Source of the DNA: Peribolospora baueri
Lineage: Eukaryota
DNA length: 64,000 nt
NCBI GenBank assembly: GCA_029717555.1
Contig: JAMDHS010000001.1
Coordinates: 496,001 to 560,000, forward strand
Reading direction: 5' to 3'
Each line of letters starts with the position of its first letter. Within the stretch, counting starts at the first letter, position 1. Shown here in pieces: positions 26,401-39,774 of the stretch. A program made the position numbers and the translations under genes. The notes beneath the pieces were generated by a model that searched no databases, was not told the origin of the DNA, and worked only from the letters and a program-made list of their open reading frames with translations.

Positions 26401-26663
26401 AAAGAAAAAGCGATCGATCAATGTTAGTGACCGAACAGTCTGGTCAACATCGTCAGGCACAGCGGAACTCACTAAACGCCCAACAGGCAGAACAGGTATG
26501 AATCGTCTGCAGTGCGGGGCAGGAACGGGTGTCAAGCATCAGTGGCAGTTCGGATGGCGAGCAAAGAGCGCTACAGACAAAGGTACTCACATACTTTGGC
26601 GTCCAGCGCAATCTCAGCCGGGCTGTTCCAGTCCACTCTCCGGAAGAGGAGGAGGCGGTCCAT
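23407..26663 (-). CDS. DUF6533-type multi-pass membrane protein encoded by many small exons
   Basis: Spliced N-terminus MDRLLLFRRVDWNSPAEIALDAKVYDSYLFCLLGVYAWEFILTFWYDFAIFSGRLKWRWPMALYFLSRY. Further hydrophobic exons WVIIVLALLWVGVVVAW, ILFKQGLYYFL and VACRAFR. Soluble tail ending ...AFHQDA*. Confidence 0.72.
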
Positions 26664-28350
26664 CTCGAGCAGGGAGGAATTGAGGGAAGTGGTGAAGTAG
26701 GTTGATGCGTAATGTGGGACAGGGAGGGTAAAAGAAGGGATGGCCGGAGAGTTGTGGCAGGAAGAAAAGCGACACGACGGAACGGACGTCTCCAAGGCAC
26801 ACGACCAACAAGGTCGACTTTTAAAGATCAGGAGCCCGTCCTGCTCGACGCCAGCATACGCGCTCTCTTCCGATGGCGGGAGGACGAGGCAGAAAAGAAT
26901 GAGAAAAAAAAAGAGATAGAGGAGCTCTGTGGTCCACTGGCGAGGGGTGCGTCCCTAGCCCGCTCGGGTGACGAGTGTAGAGCTCCACCCCGATGATGGT
27001 CACCTGGAGGAGCTGCTAAGGTTAATGAAAGAAGGGTCGGAGGAGGTAAGGTAACCGCTGGTGTGTGCGTTCGTTGACTGGACTCCCCGCCAGGGGCATG
27101 TCGCAACCCTGCTGAATTGACGAGCCGACCAGCTCGCCTGCCCAATCGTCGAACGGGCACCGGAGGTTGTGGCTTCTCTCCTCACCTCCGAGCACGTTCC
27201 ACTACGCTCATCATGTATGTAGGCAGTAGACCCTTGCGACTCTCTCTGGCGAGTTGGAACCAACTAGGGGACTTCCCAAATTACCTATGCAATGCGAGAG
27301 AAAATCACTTGTTAGGATCAGCCAACTTTTGGCTAACGCAAGACGTCCAGGAGGTCCCGCAAGGACATTGGCGAACTGCAGGTAGTTCGGTGCAGCTAAA
27401 TTTAATGTCCAGCAGGGTCAGCCCCGTAGCAGACTTACCGGTGGACTGCGTTGCCCAGCCCAGGTCCCATCACCAGTCTGACTGTAGGAGGATGTGTTTG
27501 CCGCCGGCGCCGTCGGCACCGCCCTCATACATCTCCTGGTCACCATGCTGTCGTTCAGGTGGAGCAAACTCAGATCCGACGCGCATCGGGCTCGGCGATC
27601 ATTTCGCTCGCCATCGCGCGCAAGGGCATGGCAACCGGAGATCTGCCTCTGCCAGCCACCGAGTCGACTGTCCGGTATACGTAGCCAGCGCTAATTTGCA
27701 AAGTCGTAGAGGAGCTCCATGACAGCGGGCGGGGCGAACGACCTTGTTTGCAAAACGACAAAGAGAAACGGGGCGGGAAAGCGGACCGCTGATACGCTCC
27801 GTCCTGCGCTGTCACAGCGGAGTTCGCTGCACCAACCATCAGTCGCGCAGCGGGAACACGCCGGTGTGGTTCGTTCGGCGGCTGTGGACGGCAGGAGTTT
27901 GTGACTTACAGGTACATACAGGAAGAAGAAATCACCCAGTTCTAGTCACGTACTAAGGCGGCCGACCTGGACCGTCGTCCATTTAGCCGCGCTGTCGGTG
28001 GATTCTGTTGCGGCGTTTGGCATCGTACAAGCGACCTCGATTGCGCCCACCGGCATGGCAGTACGACGGCGACGACGGTGATGTGACAAGGCAAGAAAGA
28101 GACATTGCGTCGACGTCGCACGACACCTTGCGCAAGCCGGTCCGCAATGCCGAAATTGCCAGAAGGCACACGAGCGTTCGTCCACGTGCGCACGTACCCG
28201 GCGGCTGCGGCGAGGGTCGGGGTGATCGCTGGGATACGCTCATTTATGTTGGACGATGTCGAGGTGGTGCTCGCTGCTCGCTGACCACACTTCCGGAAGA
28301 GTCGGCCGCCAACAAGAAAGAGAGGTCAGAACGCTGTCTTTCATCGAAAC

Positions 28351-30844
28351 ATGGCCAGCCAAGACGCCAGGGCGGACGGTGTGGCTTCCAGGTCCGCCGC
28401 CGTCCCCTCCATCACCTCCGCATTCCCTACGCTATCCCTCGACGATCCCTCCTTGCGTACGTCAGAGGGAACCAGCGCGACCACTGACAACGACCGTGCG
28501 CAATGGTCAGATCGCTCTTCTTTGAGACCTGCGCCCGGCGGGTCCCGCCCTCCTCCTTCCATCGCTTCCCAGACTACAACGTCGAGCACCGAACCCTCCA
28601 CGTCGGACACCATGTCCTCTTCTCACCTCATCGTCGTCTCCAACCGACTTCCTGTGACGATCTCTCGCGGGAAGCGCATCGCCGAAGCCTCCGCCACCTC
28701 TTCCGATGGGACCGGAGGACCTCAATTTGAGTACTCCTTCAAGGTACGTAACGTGCGCGCCGAGCTGCCGATCCTCCATCGCGTGCCAATCTTGAAGCCG
28801 ACGTCGTCTTCTATTTCCCCGAAAAGATGTCCTCCGGTGGCCTCGTTACCGCCCTCAGCGGCCTCAAGAAACGCATGGCTTTCACCTGGATTGGATGGCC
28901 TGGGCTCAATGTTCCCCTGAGCGACCGGTGGTACGTGAGCAAGAGACTCATGGACGAGTACAACTGCCTGCCCGTCTACCTTTCCGACGAGATTGCCGAT
29001 CGTCACTACAATGGATTCTCCAACTCCATCCTCTGGCCCCTCTTCCACTATCATCCGGGCGAGATGTGCTTTGACGATCTCAACTGGAGGGCGTATAGAG
29101 AGGCCAACTTGCGCTTCGCCGAAGTCGTCCGCGGCGTCGTCCGGAAAGGCGACATGGTGAGCTGTTGTGATAGCTGAATCGTTTGCATCGTCTCTTAGCT
29201 GACGTCGCTCGGTCGTTTTGTCTCTTCTCGCTCCTTTCCTGCTCATCCAGGTCTGGTGCCAAGACTACCACCTAATGCTCCTCCCTATGATGCTTCGCTC
29301 CCTACTGGAAGCCCCTCAAGCGGGCGAGGCACCCTCCAAGACTCGCCGCGAGGTCGGCCGGCTCAAGAAGGGTCTAGCTCCCGCCCCTCCTCTGGCAGAG
29401 ATCTCCGGTTCCGCCTCGCCCTCATCTCACATGGGCTTGTCCACCGTCGGATCCAACGCCAACGAAGGGGAAAAGGAAGGAGGTGGTGTGCAAGATGGAC
29501 AGGACGACTTGAGAGGAAAGCGCGTCCGTATCGGCTTCTTCTTGCATACGCCGTTCCCGAGCTCGGAAATCTACCGGTGAGTGTTGTACTTTGCGGCGAA
29601 TATAGGAATCGTTCGTTTGAAGAAGACGCAGGCTGAGCGTCTGAGTGTTTGTTGGTTACCCATCCAGCATCCTCCCTGTCCGCCGAGAAATCCTCCTAGG
29701 CCTCCTCCACTGCGATCTCATCGGCTTCCACACCTATGACTACGCCCGCCACTTTCTGTCCTCCTGCACACGTATTCTCGGTCTCCCCACTATGCCTAAC
29801 GGTGTCGAGTTTGAGGGCAGGTATGCCCACGTGGGGACGTACCCTATCGGGATTGACCCTTCCCAGTTCGACGAGGTGGGTCAGCGAGCGTGTTGACTTT
29901 TGTGGACACCATCTCTTTGCACCGCGATCCTCACCGGCCCCGTTTCTTTGTCTTCCTCCAGGGCGTCGCTAAGCCGGTGGTGCAACAGCGCATCCAAGCC
30001 CTCCAGAGGCGCTTCGAGGGCGTCAAGATCATCGTGGGTGTGGACAGGCTCGATTACATCAAGGGCGTACCCCAGAAGCTGCATGGATTCGAGACGTTCC
30101 TCGAGACGCACCCGGAGTGGATCGGGAAGGTGGTACTCGTCCAAGTGGCGGTCCCCTCGCGCCAGGACGTGGAAGAGTATCAGAACCTTCGGGCTACGGT
30201 GAACGAAATGGTGGGCCGGATCAACGGCAGGTTCGGTTCAGTGGAGAGCATGCCCATCCATTTCCTACACCGATCCGTCAACTTTGACGAGCTGTGCGCG
30301 CTGTACGCCGTCAGCGACGTTTGTCTCGTCACGAGCACGAGGGACGGAATGAATTTGGTGAGTTTAGCCGAGAAGGCCGCAGATGGAGACGGAGAGACAC
30401 TGTCATCGCTAATCGGTTTGGTCTGGCTTGGACTGGTTCTATGTCAGGTCTCGTATGAGTACATTGCCTGCCAGAAGGAGCGTCACGGTACCATGATTCT
30501 TTCCGAATTCGCCGGCGCTGCTCAGGTGAGCTCCTCCCTCGTTCTCCTTTTACATGCCCAGTCCTGGCAGTGTCGATCCGACGAACGACCCACTGACCTC
30601 TCTGCATCGTCCTTCGACCCCTCATCCCCAACTCCGTCTTCAGTCCCTTAATGGCTCCCTCATCATTAACCCATGGGACAAGTTTGCGGTCTCGGACGCC
30701 ATCCACGAAGCCGTCACAATGCCGGACGAGCAGCGCGCTGTCAACTTCTCCAAGCTCCACTCTTACGTCCAGTCTCACACCGCCGCTTGGTGGGGGTTGA
30801 GCTTTATCAAGGACTTGGCGAGGATCAAGATCGGCGCGGAATAA
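28351..30844 (+). CDS. TPS1: Trehalose-6-phosphate synthase (GT20), multi-exon
   Basis: LIVVSNRLPVT, SSGGLVTAL, WIGWPG, HYNGFSNSILWPLFHY, WCQDYHLMLLP, GFFLHTPFPSSEIYR, GVDRLDYIKGVPQK, RDGMNLV, LSEFAGAAQ. An alternative start exists at 28612. Confidence 0.96.
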
Positions 30845-31471
30845 TTGGATTGGATTGGTGTGGTGTGGTTGGGTTGGGTTTCGCTAGTGAGCACGCGGTG
30901 TAAGCCCTCGGATGTGAAGAACGGAGAAGGCGATGATGCTGCTGGACGAATGCGGCGAGTCGCCGCCTGGCGAGACGCGACCACGGGCCTAGGCTGCAGA
31001 GGAGTTTACATTTTATTGTGCTTCCTTTCCACATTTTGCATGTGTAAAAGACCACCTCTCTCTCCCTTTCCTGTCTTTCCTCTGTCTTTTCTCCCTGTAC
31101 ACGTAGGCAAACACACAAATAGGGCACTGCACTCCTGTGTTCTAGATCCTGACGTCGCGCGACTCTTATGAGGCAGACGTCTTGCCTTGTTTTGTCCAGC
31201 TGCCTCCACCAAGACCTCCCGACGACTGCCGCTTAGGCTGGAGAAAGGAGGATGTGTTAAGAGGAGCGTTGTGGTATCGTTTCTGAGAATCACGTGACAT
31301 GGTTTCAGACGAAGTTGTAATGGCATTAGAAGCTGGGACGTGATCGTAATTCAAAAGCCTTGCGCACCTCTCGTTCGCCGTGGCTGCGACTAAACCACCG
31401 GCCGTCGGCTGCTCGTCCTCCGCGTTTCTTCTCCGCATCCACCATCTCCCTACCCGCCGTGAGCCATCACC

Positions 31472-34302
31472 ATGGCACAACGAAAGCTGCAGGGTGAGCC
31501 CTTCCTATGCGCTCGCACACGCCGTCGTCGCTCTTCGCGCCCCGGCCTTCTCACTTGTCGCGTGCGCGCTTCCAAGCCCACAGGGCCGTGCATCACTGAC
31601 ACCTTCGTGCGTCCTTCCTCGCCGTGTTTGCGCATCCCCCCTCCCCTCTTCCCTCCGTCGACCCCCCCTCGCTCCGATCAGCCGAGATTGACCGCACCTT
31701 AAAAAAGGTGGCGGAAGGCGTCGAGATGTTCGAGGGGCTGTACGACAAGATGCAGCAGACCACGAACCAGACACAGAAGGAGAAGTTGGAGACGGATCTC
31801 AAGACGCAGATCAAGAAGCTTCAACGATTGCGAGACCAGATAAAGACCTGGATGCAGAACAAGGACATCCGGGACATGAACCAGCTGATGGACAATCGAA
31901 AGCTGATCGAGACGGTGAGCCATCGTCACTTTCGTGTCTGGATGGCAAGCCTTGCACTGGTGGCACTGATGCCGAATCTCCTCGCCTACCTTGTCCTCGG
32001 CCCCTGCTCCCATTCCCCTGCACAGCAAATGGAACGTTTCAAGGCGTGTGAGAAGGAGATGAAGACCAAGGCGTTTTCCAAGGAGGGGTTGACACAGGCC
32101 GCCAAGCTCGACCCGGCAGAAAAGGCCAAGCTGGACGCGGCAAATTGGCTCGGCTCGATGGTCGATGAGCTCAGCCACCAAGTCGAGGCCGCAGAAGCAG
32201 AGGTAGAAACATTACAAGGCGCGATGAAGAAAGGCAAAAAAGACACCGCAAAACTCGACCGGATAGGCGAGCTCGAGCACCTCAACGAACGGAGAAAGTG
32301 GCACATCGGCCGGCTCGAGCTCCTCCTTCGACTGATGGAGAACGGCAACTTGCCGCCAGAAAGGGTGGCCGATCTCAAGGAGGATGTGGCATATTTTGTC
32401 GAGAGCAACACGGTGCGTCGAGCAGCTCTCGCCTGCCCACGCACCATCTGCTCGCGTTCTCACGACGCGATCGATGACTGTCCGGTGTATTCGAACAGGA
32501 GGAGGACTTTGAGGAAGACGAAGGTATCTACGACGAGTTCAACCTCGACGAGGAGGTGGACGCATTCGGCTTGGCCAACGGCGACGACATCCAGAGCAGT
32601 CACGACTCCACCTCCGTCGCCGAAGGTGAGGCGCATTCAACCACTTCGCCCACCCACACCCCAACGACCATCCTCTCAACGTTTGCTTCCCTTCCTCCCT
32701 CCGCCACTACAGAACCACCAAAAACGCCGCTCAGGGAAACAGCACGGGCTCGAACACACGAGGAAGAGCAGACTAAGCGGGACGACGAGCGAAGTCCGGC
32801 GACCAAGAAGGCCACGCGGAAATCGACTCTGGAGAGCGCAAAGGAGAAGGACGCGGTACCAAAGGGAGTGCCGCCAGCAAACTTTGCGGCAAAACCACAG
32901 GCATCGACGCCCGCGGCGTCCAAGCCGACAGCAGCGCCGTTACCGCCAATCCGGTATGCCGCGGCGGCGGCAGCGGCCGTCAACCCTCCTCCACCTTCCG
33001 CAACAACAGCGTCACATCCACCGTCAGCGGTGGCACCGGCGGCGACGGTTTCACCGACAACGTCGGCGGCGCCTCCCCAGCCGTCAGTGGCGACAGACGC
33101 GGCACCACCCTCGTCGTCTCCGTCATTGGCCCACGCATCGGCTGCTTCACCATCACTTTCGTCCGTCGGTCCCAGCGCGTCCACTGGACCCTCGGCGCTG
33201 TCTGTCGCTTCGACGCCAGCCCATGAGCATGCGGCGGCTGTGCCTCTTCCGAGCGGTAGCACATCAAACGGGAGCGCCGTCGATGGCTCTCAAGGTGGGC
33301 CCACTTTTTAACGTTCCATCAGACTGAAGAACAGGATGCCCTCTCACACCGGTTGTCCTTTATGTCTCAGCCACAGGTGTGCCTTCCAATGCGGAGGAGA
33401 AGATCCGGACCGAGCTTGCGCCAGAGCCGTCCAAGGAGATGCCTACTTATGACGCCATCCAAGTGCCGGCGCCCGCAGAGACTGCGGAGCAGAACGGCGC
33501 GCAAGTTGAGAAGTCTCCGTCCACAACCAATGAGACTAGACTGCCAAGTTCACTAGCAGATTTGGTGTCCAGCTTCGAGTCCGCGAAGCAAAAGTGTGAG
33601 TGGATGGAGTCGAGCGTTTGCGGCGGCATGTAGACAACTGTTGACGCTGACGCCATTTGGTTTTACCGTCATTTTTCTCTGATGGGTGTTCGTTAGCAAT
33701 GCAACGAGATGGCAACCTCGCCGCAGTGCACAAGTCGCTAGAGTCGAGCTATATGAACGTACCGGAACCGCTCGACTCGGAAAAGTAAGTCTTGATGTGG
33801 CGAATCCCGTCCAACGCTCTTCCATCGTACGCTGACATATCTCGGTCCCGCTTTCAAGGCCTAAGTACTATGTACCGCGGAATCCATTCCCGACGCCGCA
33901 CTACTACCCGCAGGCGCCACACACTATCTTCGACAACCCGGCCTTGTATTCCAAGTTCGACCTCGACACGCTCTTCTACATCTTCTACTACCAGCAGGGC
34001 ACGTACCACCAGTACCTTGCCGCCAAGGAACTCAAGAAGCAGTCGTGGCGATTCCACAAGCAGTACCTCACTTGGTTCCAGCGTCACTCTGAGCCACAGG
34101 CGATCACCGACGAGTACGAGCAAGGCGTGTACGTCTACTTTGACTGGGAAGGGTCATGGTGCCAGCGCAGGAAGAGCGATTTCAGGTGAGTGACGAGTAG
34201 GATGGAATGATGGCGACGTCCCCCTCGTTACGCGCGTCGCTGACCCTAGTCTTACCATTGTGGCATGGCAGGTTCGAGTACCGCTGGCTTGACGAGACTT
34301 AG
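31472..34302 (+). CDS. NOT3: CCR4-NOT complex subunit Not3/Not5, multi-exon
   Basis: MAQRKLQ|AEIDRTLKKV, QIKKLQRLRDQIKTW, MERFKACEKEMKTKAFSKEGL; C-terminal NOT box DTLFYIFYYQQGTYHQYLAAKELKKQSWRFHK...FR|FEYRWLDET*. Confidence 0.95.
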
Positions 34303-34619
34303 GCGCATCACCGCTCACCTCCTCGTCTGGCCTCCTCACCCACCTTGGAAACCTTGGGACCTTCGGTTCAGTCATACTTCTTCTTTCCCCCCGTCCTCTC
34401 TATATCGTCCTCGCTCGTCTCGGTCCCGGCCATCCGCATCGGTCGTGAATGTACGAGTAGCTAGTCTCGTCGGAATCTCTCCTGTTTCCGTGGTCTAAAT
34501 GAAACTGTTTTGATGCCGGCCGTTCTTTTCGTGTGAGGTCGGGTGCCGTCGCCCAAGCAAGACCGATCAGATCAGCTCGACGAACTCTAGACGTGCCTGC
34601 CACATTTCACGCTTCCCCT

Positions 34620-37196
34620 ATGCCACCCTTTCCTTACCTTCACCTCCACGCGCCCTCATCGCAGGAAAACGCGGCTCAGAAGATCAATGACGTCTTGCGC
34701 TCGTTAGGACCGGGAGGGACTGTCCTACTCGCCCAGCGGAGCACATGGCACCTCACTGAGCCCATTTATTTCTCGTCGGACGACCAGGAGATCGCGACGT
34801 GGGGTTACCCCTCGTTTCGTTCTCATCGCCGTCTCCCGTACCGGACCCGACACGGACCGGACGAGGAGGACGTGCCGTTCGCTCGGCTGGTGACGAGCGG
34901 AGGAGACAGCTGTGCCATCAACGCGGTCGGCCGCAACCGGATCAGGATCAGGAACGTGCGCATTGAGGGGAGGAGGGGAGAGCATGGGTACATTCGCGGA
35001 GGAGCGGCGCTGGTGCTCATGGGTGGGGAGGCGAGCGACCAAGTGGGTGCCACCGGCGACGCTCGACGACGTCGTCCCAGTCCCATATCTCTGCGCTCCA
35101 AACCTGACTTTGGCCCTTTCTTTTCAATCGCCCTCTCTACAAGCTCATAGACTCCACTCGGCTCCTCACGCCCCGTTCCTGGTCCTGCCTGCATGTCTTC
35201 GAAGGTCCCCCCCATGCGCGCAATATGCGTACTCGCGTCACGAACAACTTCATCGGCCCTGCCGGTCGTCCCGCTCATCTTGTCCATGATGATGCTGCAG
35301 GCGAGGGCGGTGGTGCGTGGCTGAAGGAAGACGACGAGGGGACTTGGGCGGATGGGATCAGCTTGGCAGGCAGAGGCGCGATCGTGACTGGCAATAACGT
35401 CATCGATGCCACAGACGGTGGGATCGTCGTCTTCGGAGCTCCAGGTGAGAGGGCGTTGATAAAGCTTCCTCTACTTGCCGTTGGCATTGGGATAAAGTCA
35501 ACATATTTGCTCGGCATGCCCATATTTGAACGTCGGGCGCAGGCTCGCTGGTCGCCGGTAATACCATCGTCTCGCAACGCGCGTGTATGCTCGGAGGGAT
35601 CAATATGGTCGACGTCGGACCGTATAGTGGGTTCGCTCCGATGGTCTTGTCCTGCTGTATGCGAGTGGTGCATCATCTCACTTGGTGTGTGGGTGTTTGT
35701 CACGCCCCGTCGGACTTTGGAGCAGGCGGCGACTACTCCTTCACCCGCGTGGAATCGAACACCATTTGCGCGAGAGGGAAGGAAGGCTACATCAAGATCG
35801 GCATAGCGATAGGTCCCGCGACGTGGGGGGACGACCTAACCAGTGTCGTTCGCGATGGGCGCGTCGTGGGCAACAGCTTGCATTGCGAGCCGTCAAGGGA
35901 CGATGACGGAGACTGGGAGTGGCGCAACGAAAACGATGAGACGAACTACTTTGAACGATTCAGCACCGGCGCCTTCGGCTACGGCATCGCCGTCTCCGGC
36001 GCCCATAGATTTTCCATCCTCCATAACTTTGTCCACCCATCCGCTCGCTTCATCGGCGTCGTCGGCGGCCTCCCACCCGTGCCGTTTTCCACCGCGCCAC
36101 ATCACCGTCACGACGCCGCTTCCTCGAACGTACTCCCCGCTGCGTTGGTCCGCGCGAGGGACGCAACGGGAGAAAGGTGGCGTGAGTGCGAGATGCAGTG
36201 TGACTTTGTGGAAGGGAACGTTCGGCATCTCATCAATGTGAGGCCTGGTGTGCCAGAATGGACGAGATGGGCGGCCGGGGCGCTGAGGATGGGCGAAAAG
36301 GAGAGCGTGGAGACTGACGCGGTTAGGTTGGAGGTGCGCTCAGAGGCGGTGAGGGGTGACGGAGGACAAGCGGCGGCGTGGGCCAAGCTTGTGGTGGTGG
36401 AAAAGCGCTCGGGCAAATTAGTTTTTGAAGCGCGCTCCTGTCGCAGTGCGAAAGGCTCGGTGCGACTCGATTTCGACGACCGAGGTCGACTACGACTACT
36501 CGACGACGAGTGCGGGCAACGTCACCGTCCGCCTCTTTGGGACGCCACCGCCCATCTCGATGGCTCCGCCATCCTTTCCCAGCCCAGGGCGCCACATGTG
36601 CTCACTCTGCGCTCCTCACTACCCCACCTCCTGCTCGAGACCGCAGACGGCGACGTTCTGTGGGCCTCTTCATACGAGGTTCCTCTGAGTATGGAGATGA
36701 CCCCGGGCAGGTGGATCGCTCTGCCCGTCCCTTCAAGGCGTCCTGCTGACGTTGAGGCGGGCGCGGCTGTGAGTGTGGAAGCCGTATTCCACGAGCTCAC
36801 GCCCGAGCTAGTGTACCGAGTGAAGAGGGTGAGAAGGCCGGAAGAAGACGGGGAGGTGCTTTGGAATTCTCCGCACGCCAGGCTGGGCGACGGGGATAGG
36901 TTGGGTTTCATGGCATTTCAAGGAGATGGGAACCTGGTGAGCGCGAGGCGACTCCTTCGCCCCCTGTTCGCTCATCAACAGTCTTCTCCAAGCCGGCGGA
37001 CCAGGCTCATTCGACCCCCATCTTACCCGCTTCTTTAATACAGGTCATCTACGGCCCTTCTGGCCCGCTCTGGGCAACGGGGACAAACGGTCGAGGTGGC
37101 GGGCCGAACGAAGTTGCCAAGCTCGTATTGGGCCACGAACGTGGCCGGGCAGTCACGCTCGTGGACGGGAAGGGCGAGACAGCGTGGCAGGTCTGA
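34620..37196 (+). CDS. Right-handed beta-helix (pectin lyase-like) protein with a C-terminal bulb-type lectin-like region
   Basis: Beta-helix-like repeats (IRIRNVRIEG, WADGISLAG...VTGNNVIDATDGGIVVFGAPG, LGGINMVD, IKIGIAIGP). C-terminal FQGDGNL|VIYGPSGPLWATG resembles the B-lectin QxDGNLVxY motif. Confidence 0.7.
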
Positions 37197-37619
37197 AGTG
37201 ATGGGTCTGGCATGGTTGTGGTTGCGACCTGAAAGGGCGTAGGGAGGCTGCTCCTAAACTGTAGGTATGTGTGGAAGTGGGTACACGCAGAGAATGGGGA
37301 CGCGGGTGAAAAGGAGGGGGGGCACGAGCGGGCATCGATGGCGTGGCAATAAGAGTGTCGAAAGACGGAGAAGGTCATGACTTGACACGGTGCAGGATAA
37401 GGCGAGGCGGACACGAGGACTCGACGAATTCGAGGTGCCGAGGGAGAAGGGAGAGGGATAGGGGGAAGTAAAGAAGATGAAAAGGGACGTTGTACATAAT
37501 TACATTCGATACATAATGCGCTCGTGCGAGCGAGCCTCTGGTCTTGATGACGACGATCAACCATCGCCGTGTAAGGAAAGTCCGCTGTCCAGCCGCGGTG
37601 TGTCCAGCGGCGTGTCCAG

Positions 37620-39774
37620 CTACGCGTCGGCGTCGTCGTCAGCCCAAGGTCCATAACCAGCGCTGGAAGGTTCCTCGCGTGCCTCGCCAGAGTTCCCAGT
37701 GTTCAATGCAGATGAATCGCCGATCGTCGGCTCTCCGTCCTCGCCGAGTCTCGAATCTGCCTCCTCCGTCACCGTCTTGCCAATTTCCCGTTCTTCGCGA
37801 GCCCCATCGTCGTGCCCGCCCCCTGGTCCTTCGTCCCGTTCCCCAACGTCCCTCCGCTGCTCTTCGTCCTCATCGCCATGTCCACCACCGTCCGGGTCTT
37901 GGCCTTCCTCCTCATCTGGCACCCGCTCATCAATAACGCTCAAGGTCTTCTCACCCCGCGGAGTCAGGGCCGACGACGACGAAGGTTCACTCGGGCGTGC
38001 CCCACCCACTTCGCTCGGTGTCGACGTCGACGTCGACCGTTGCTCGCCTCCCTCGAAAAGCTCCCGGCCATCTGAGGCGTCGCTGACGCTTCCGTTCGCT
38101 CCCGCATCCGTCGCTGGTTCCCCTTCATCTCCTCGTTCGGTTGGAGTTCCCGCGCTCTGGCCTTCATCCTCCTCCTCCTCCTTCTTCTTCTTTTCCGCTA
38201 TCCCTTCCCGCTCGAAGTCAGGTGAAGGTGTTCGAAAGAGCGCGTCGGATATGGACGTCGTTGTCGTCGCCATCGTCGTCAGGTCCGTCGGGTTCTCATT
38301 TGTCGGGGTGAGGGATGGGGAAGAGGCGCCAGAGAGAGCAGAGAGCATCTTTGAGAAGAAAGAAGATTACAGAATGTGCGGGATATGGGGGGACATCGGT
38401 AGCTGTACCTTGTGACGAATTGCACGACATGTATGCGCTTACCGGGTTGAGAATGGCGTCCGACTTTCCCTTTTCTGCAATGCGCTCGTACACCTCGACT
38501 TGGCTTCTGACCATTAACGCGACCTGTGCGAGGTGCGCGAGGCGGACGAGGTGCGGCGAGGTGAAGGAAACAAAGGTGGGCAATTATTCAAAGAGTGTGA
38601 AAAAGGTTGGCCTCTAGTTAGCTCAACGATCCACCTGCTGAGACCTCGTCTAGTCCATGGGACCAGACCTGATCTGACCCTTCCGATCTTCTGGCCTCAA
38701 CGCCCCTCCTCTTCCCGTACATCTTCCCATCCACCCGATCGAAAACGACATTCTCTTTTCCCTTCTAAGCCTGCGTACTTGCCTTATCCAAAACAAACTC
38801 CCAGACCTCCTCCTCGCCAGCGAGGACGTCGTGATAGTACTGGCTCTTCAACTCATCGATCGCATCCACCTGGGCTTGAAGATCTGCTAAGGCTCGGCGA
38901 AATGCGTTCAGGTCTGTCGGATGTGGTGGATCCGAATAAAGGGGAGGGGCCAGTAAGTGGACCAACACCCTTCCATTCACCGTTTCTCCGAAAACGATCA
39001 GTTGCTCACCTCGTTGGCGCTTCTTTCCCGTGCGCATGTTCTCCGCTTCGGTCTCCTTCAGCTGCCGACTCCTCTCGGCCAACGTCTTTTCGTGAGACGC
39101 TTGTCGGTTCTGTCCATTTGAGGAGGCCCGGGAACGGTGACGGGTGGAGATGACATAGGGAAGAAAAATGTGGAGCCAACTGAGTCAATGCTCGAGGTCG
39201 ACCGCGATGGAGAGCAGTCCATCACGGATACTTACGGCGATCTCCTTCTTGTACGAGTCGAACGTGGCATGCAGTGGGGTGGAGATGTCCTTCTGCCAAT
39301 TATTGGCCTTCGCGTAGCAAACAACACATGCGTACAGCGGGACAGGTTCAACACAAGGGGAGTAGATTGAGTAATGGAGCAATGGGAGCGCAGCAATCTG
39401 TATAGACCGGCCACACTCACCAAGACCTGCTGGTGATTGCTGACCATGAAATTCAAAGCGCTGGCCGCATGCAAGCCAGGACCGGCGTCGCCCGCGCCCT
39501 TGGACCGGGCGCACTCATCGAGGGCGGCGGCGAGGTTGGCGGTAGAGGAAGCGAGGGTCACCATGTCCTTCATGTACGCTTTGGAACAGTCGAGAAGATT
39601 TTCGTACGCGGCGAGCGAGGTGCGAAGGTCAGCGCGCGTGACGAGCACAGATGGTGCGGAAGGAAAGTCGAGGAAGGAGGCGCGCGTCGTCGCTGAGAGC
39701 GCTGGGGAGAGAGGGGCGTTCGCTCCGCTGATGCCTGGAGCGGCGGAAGAAATGGATCGCATAGAGCGAGGCAT
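37620..39774 (-). CDS. Ivy1-like I-BAR/IMD domain protein, multi-exon
   Basis: TRADLRTSLAAYENLL...AAALDECARSKGA...MVSNHQQVL; ETEAENMRTGKKRQR; FRRALADLQAQVDAIDELK; EVYERIAEKG; acidic low-complexity tail. Confidence 0.75.

Noticed and set aside
27486..27538. Imperfect hairpin between the DUF6533 gene and TPS1
   Set aside because: Short, bulged and GC-rich, so compatible with chance; no other support.
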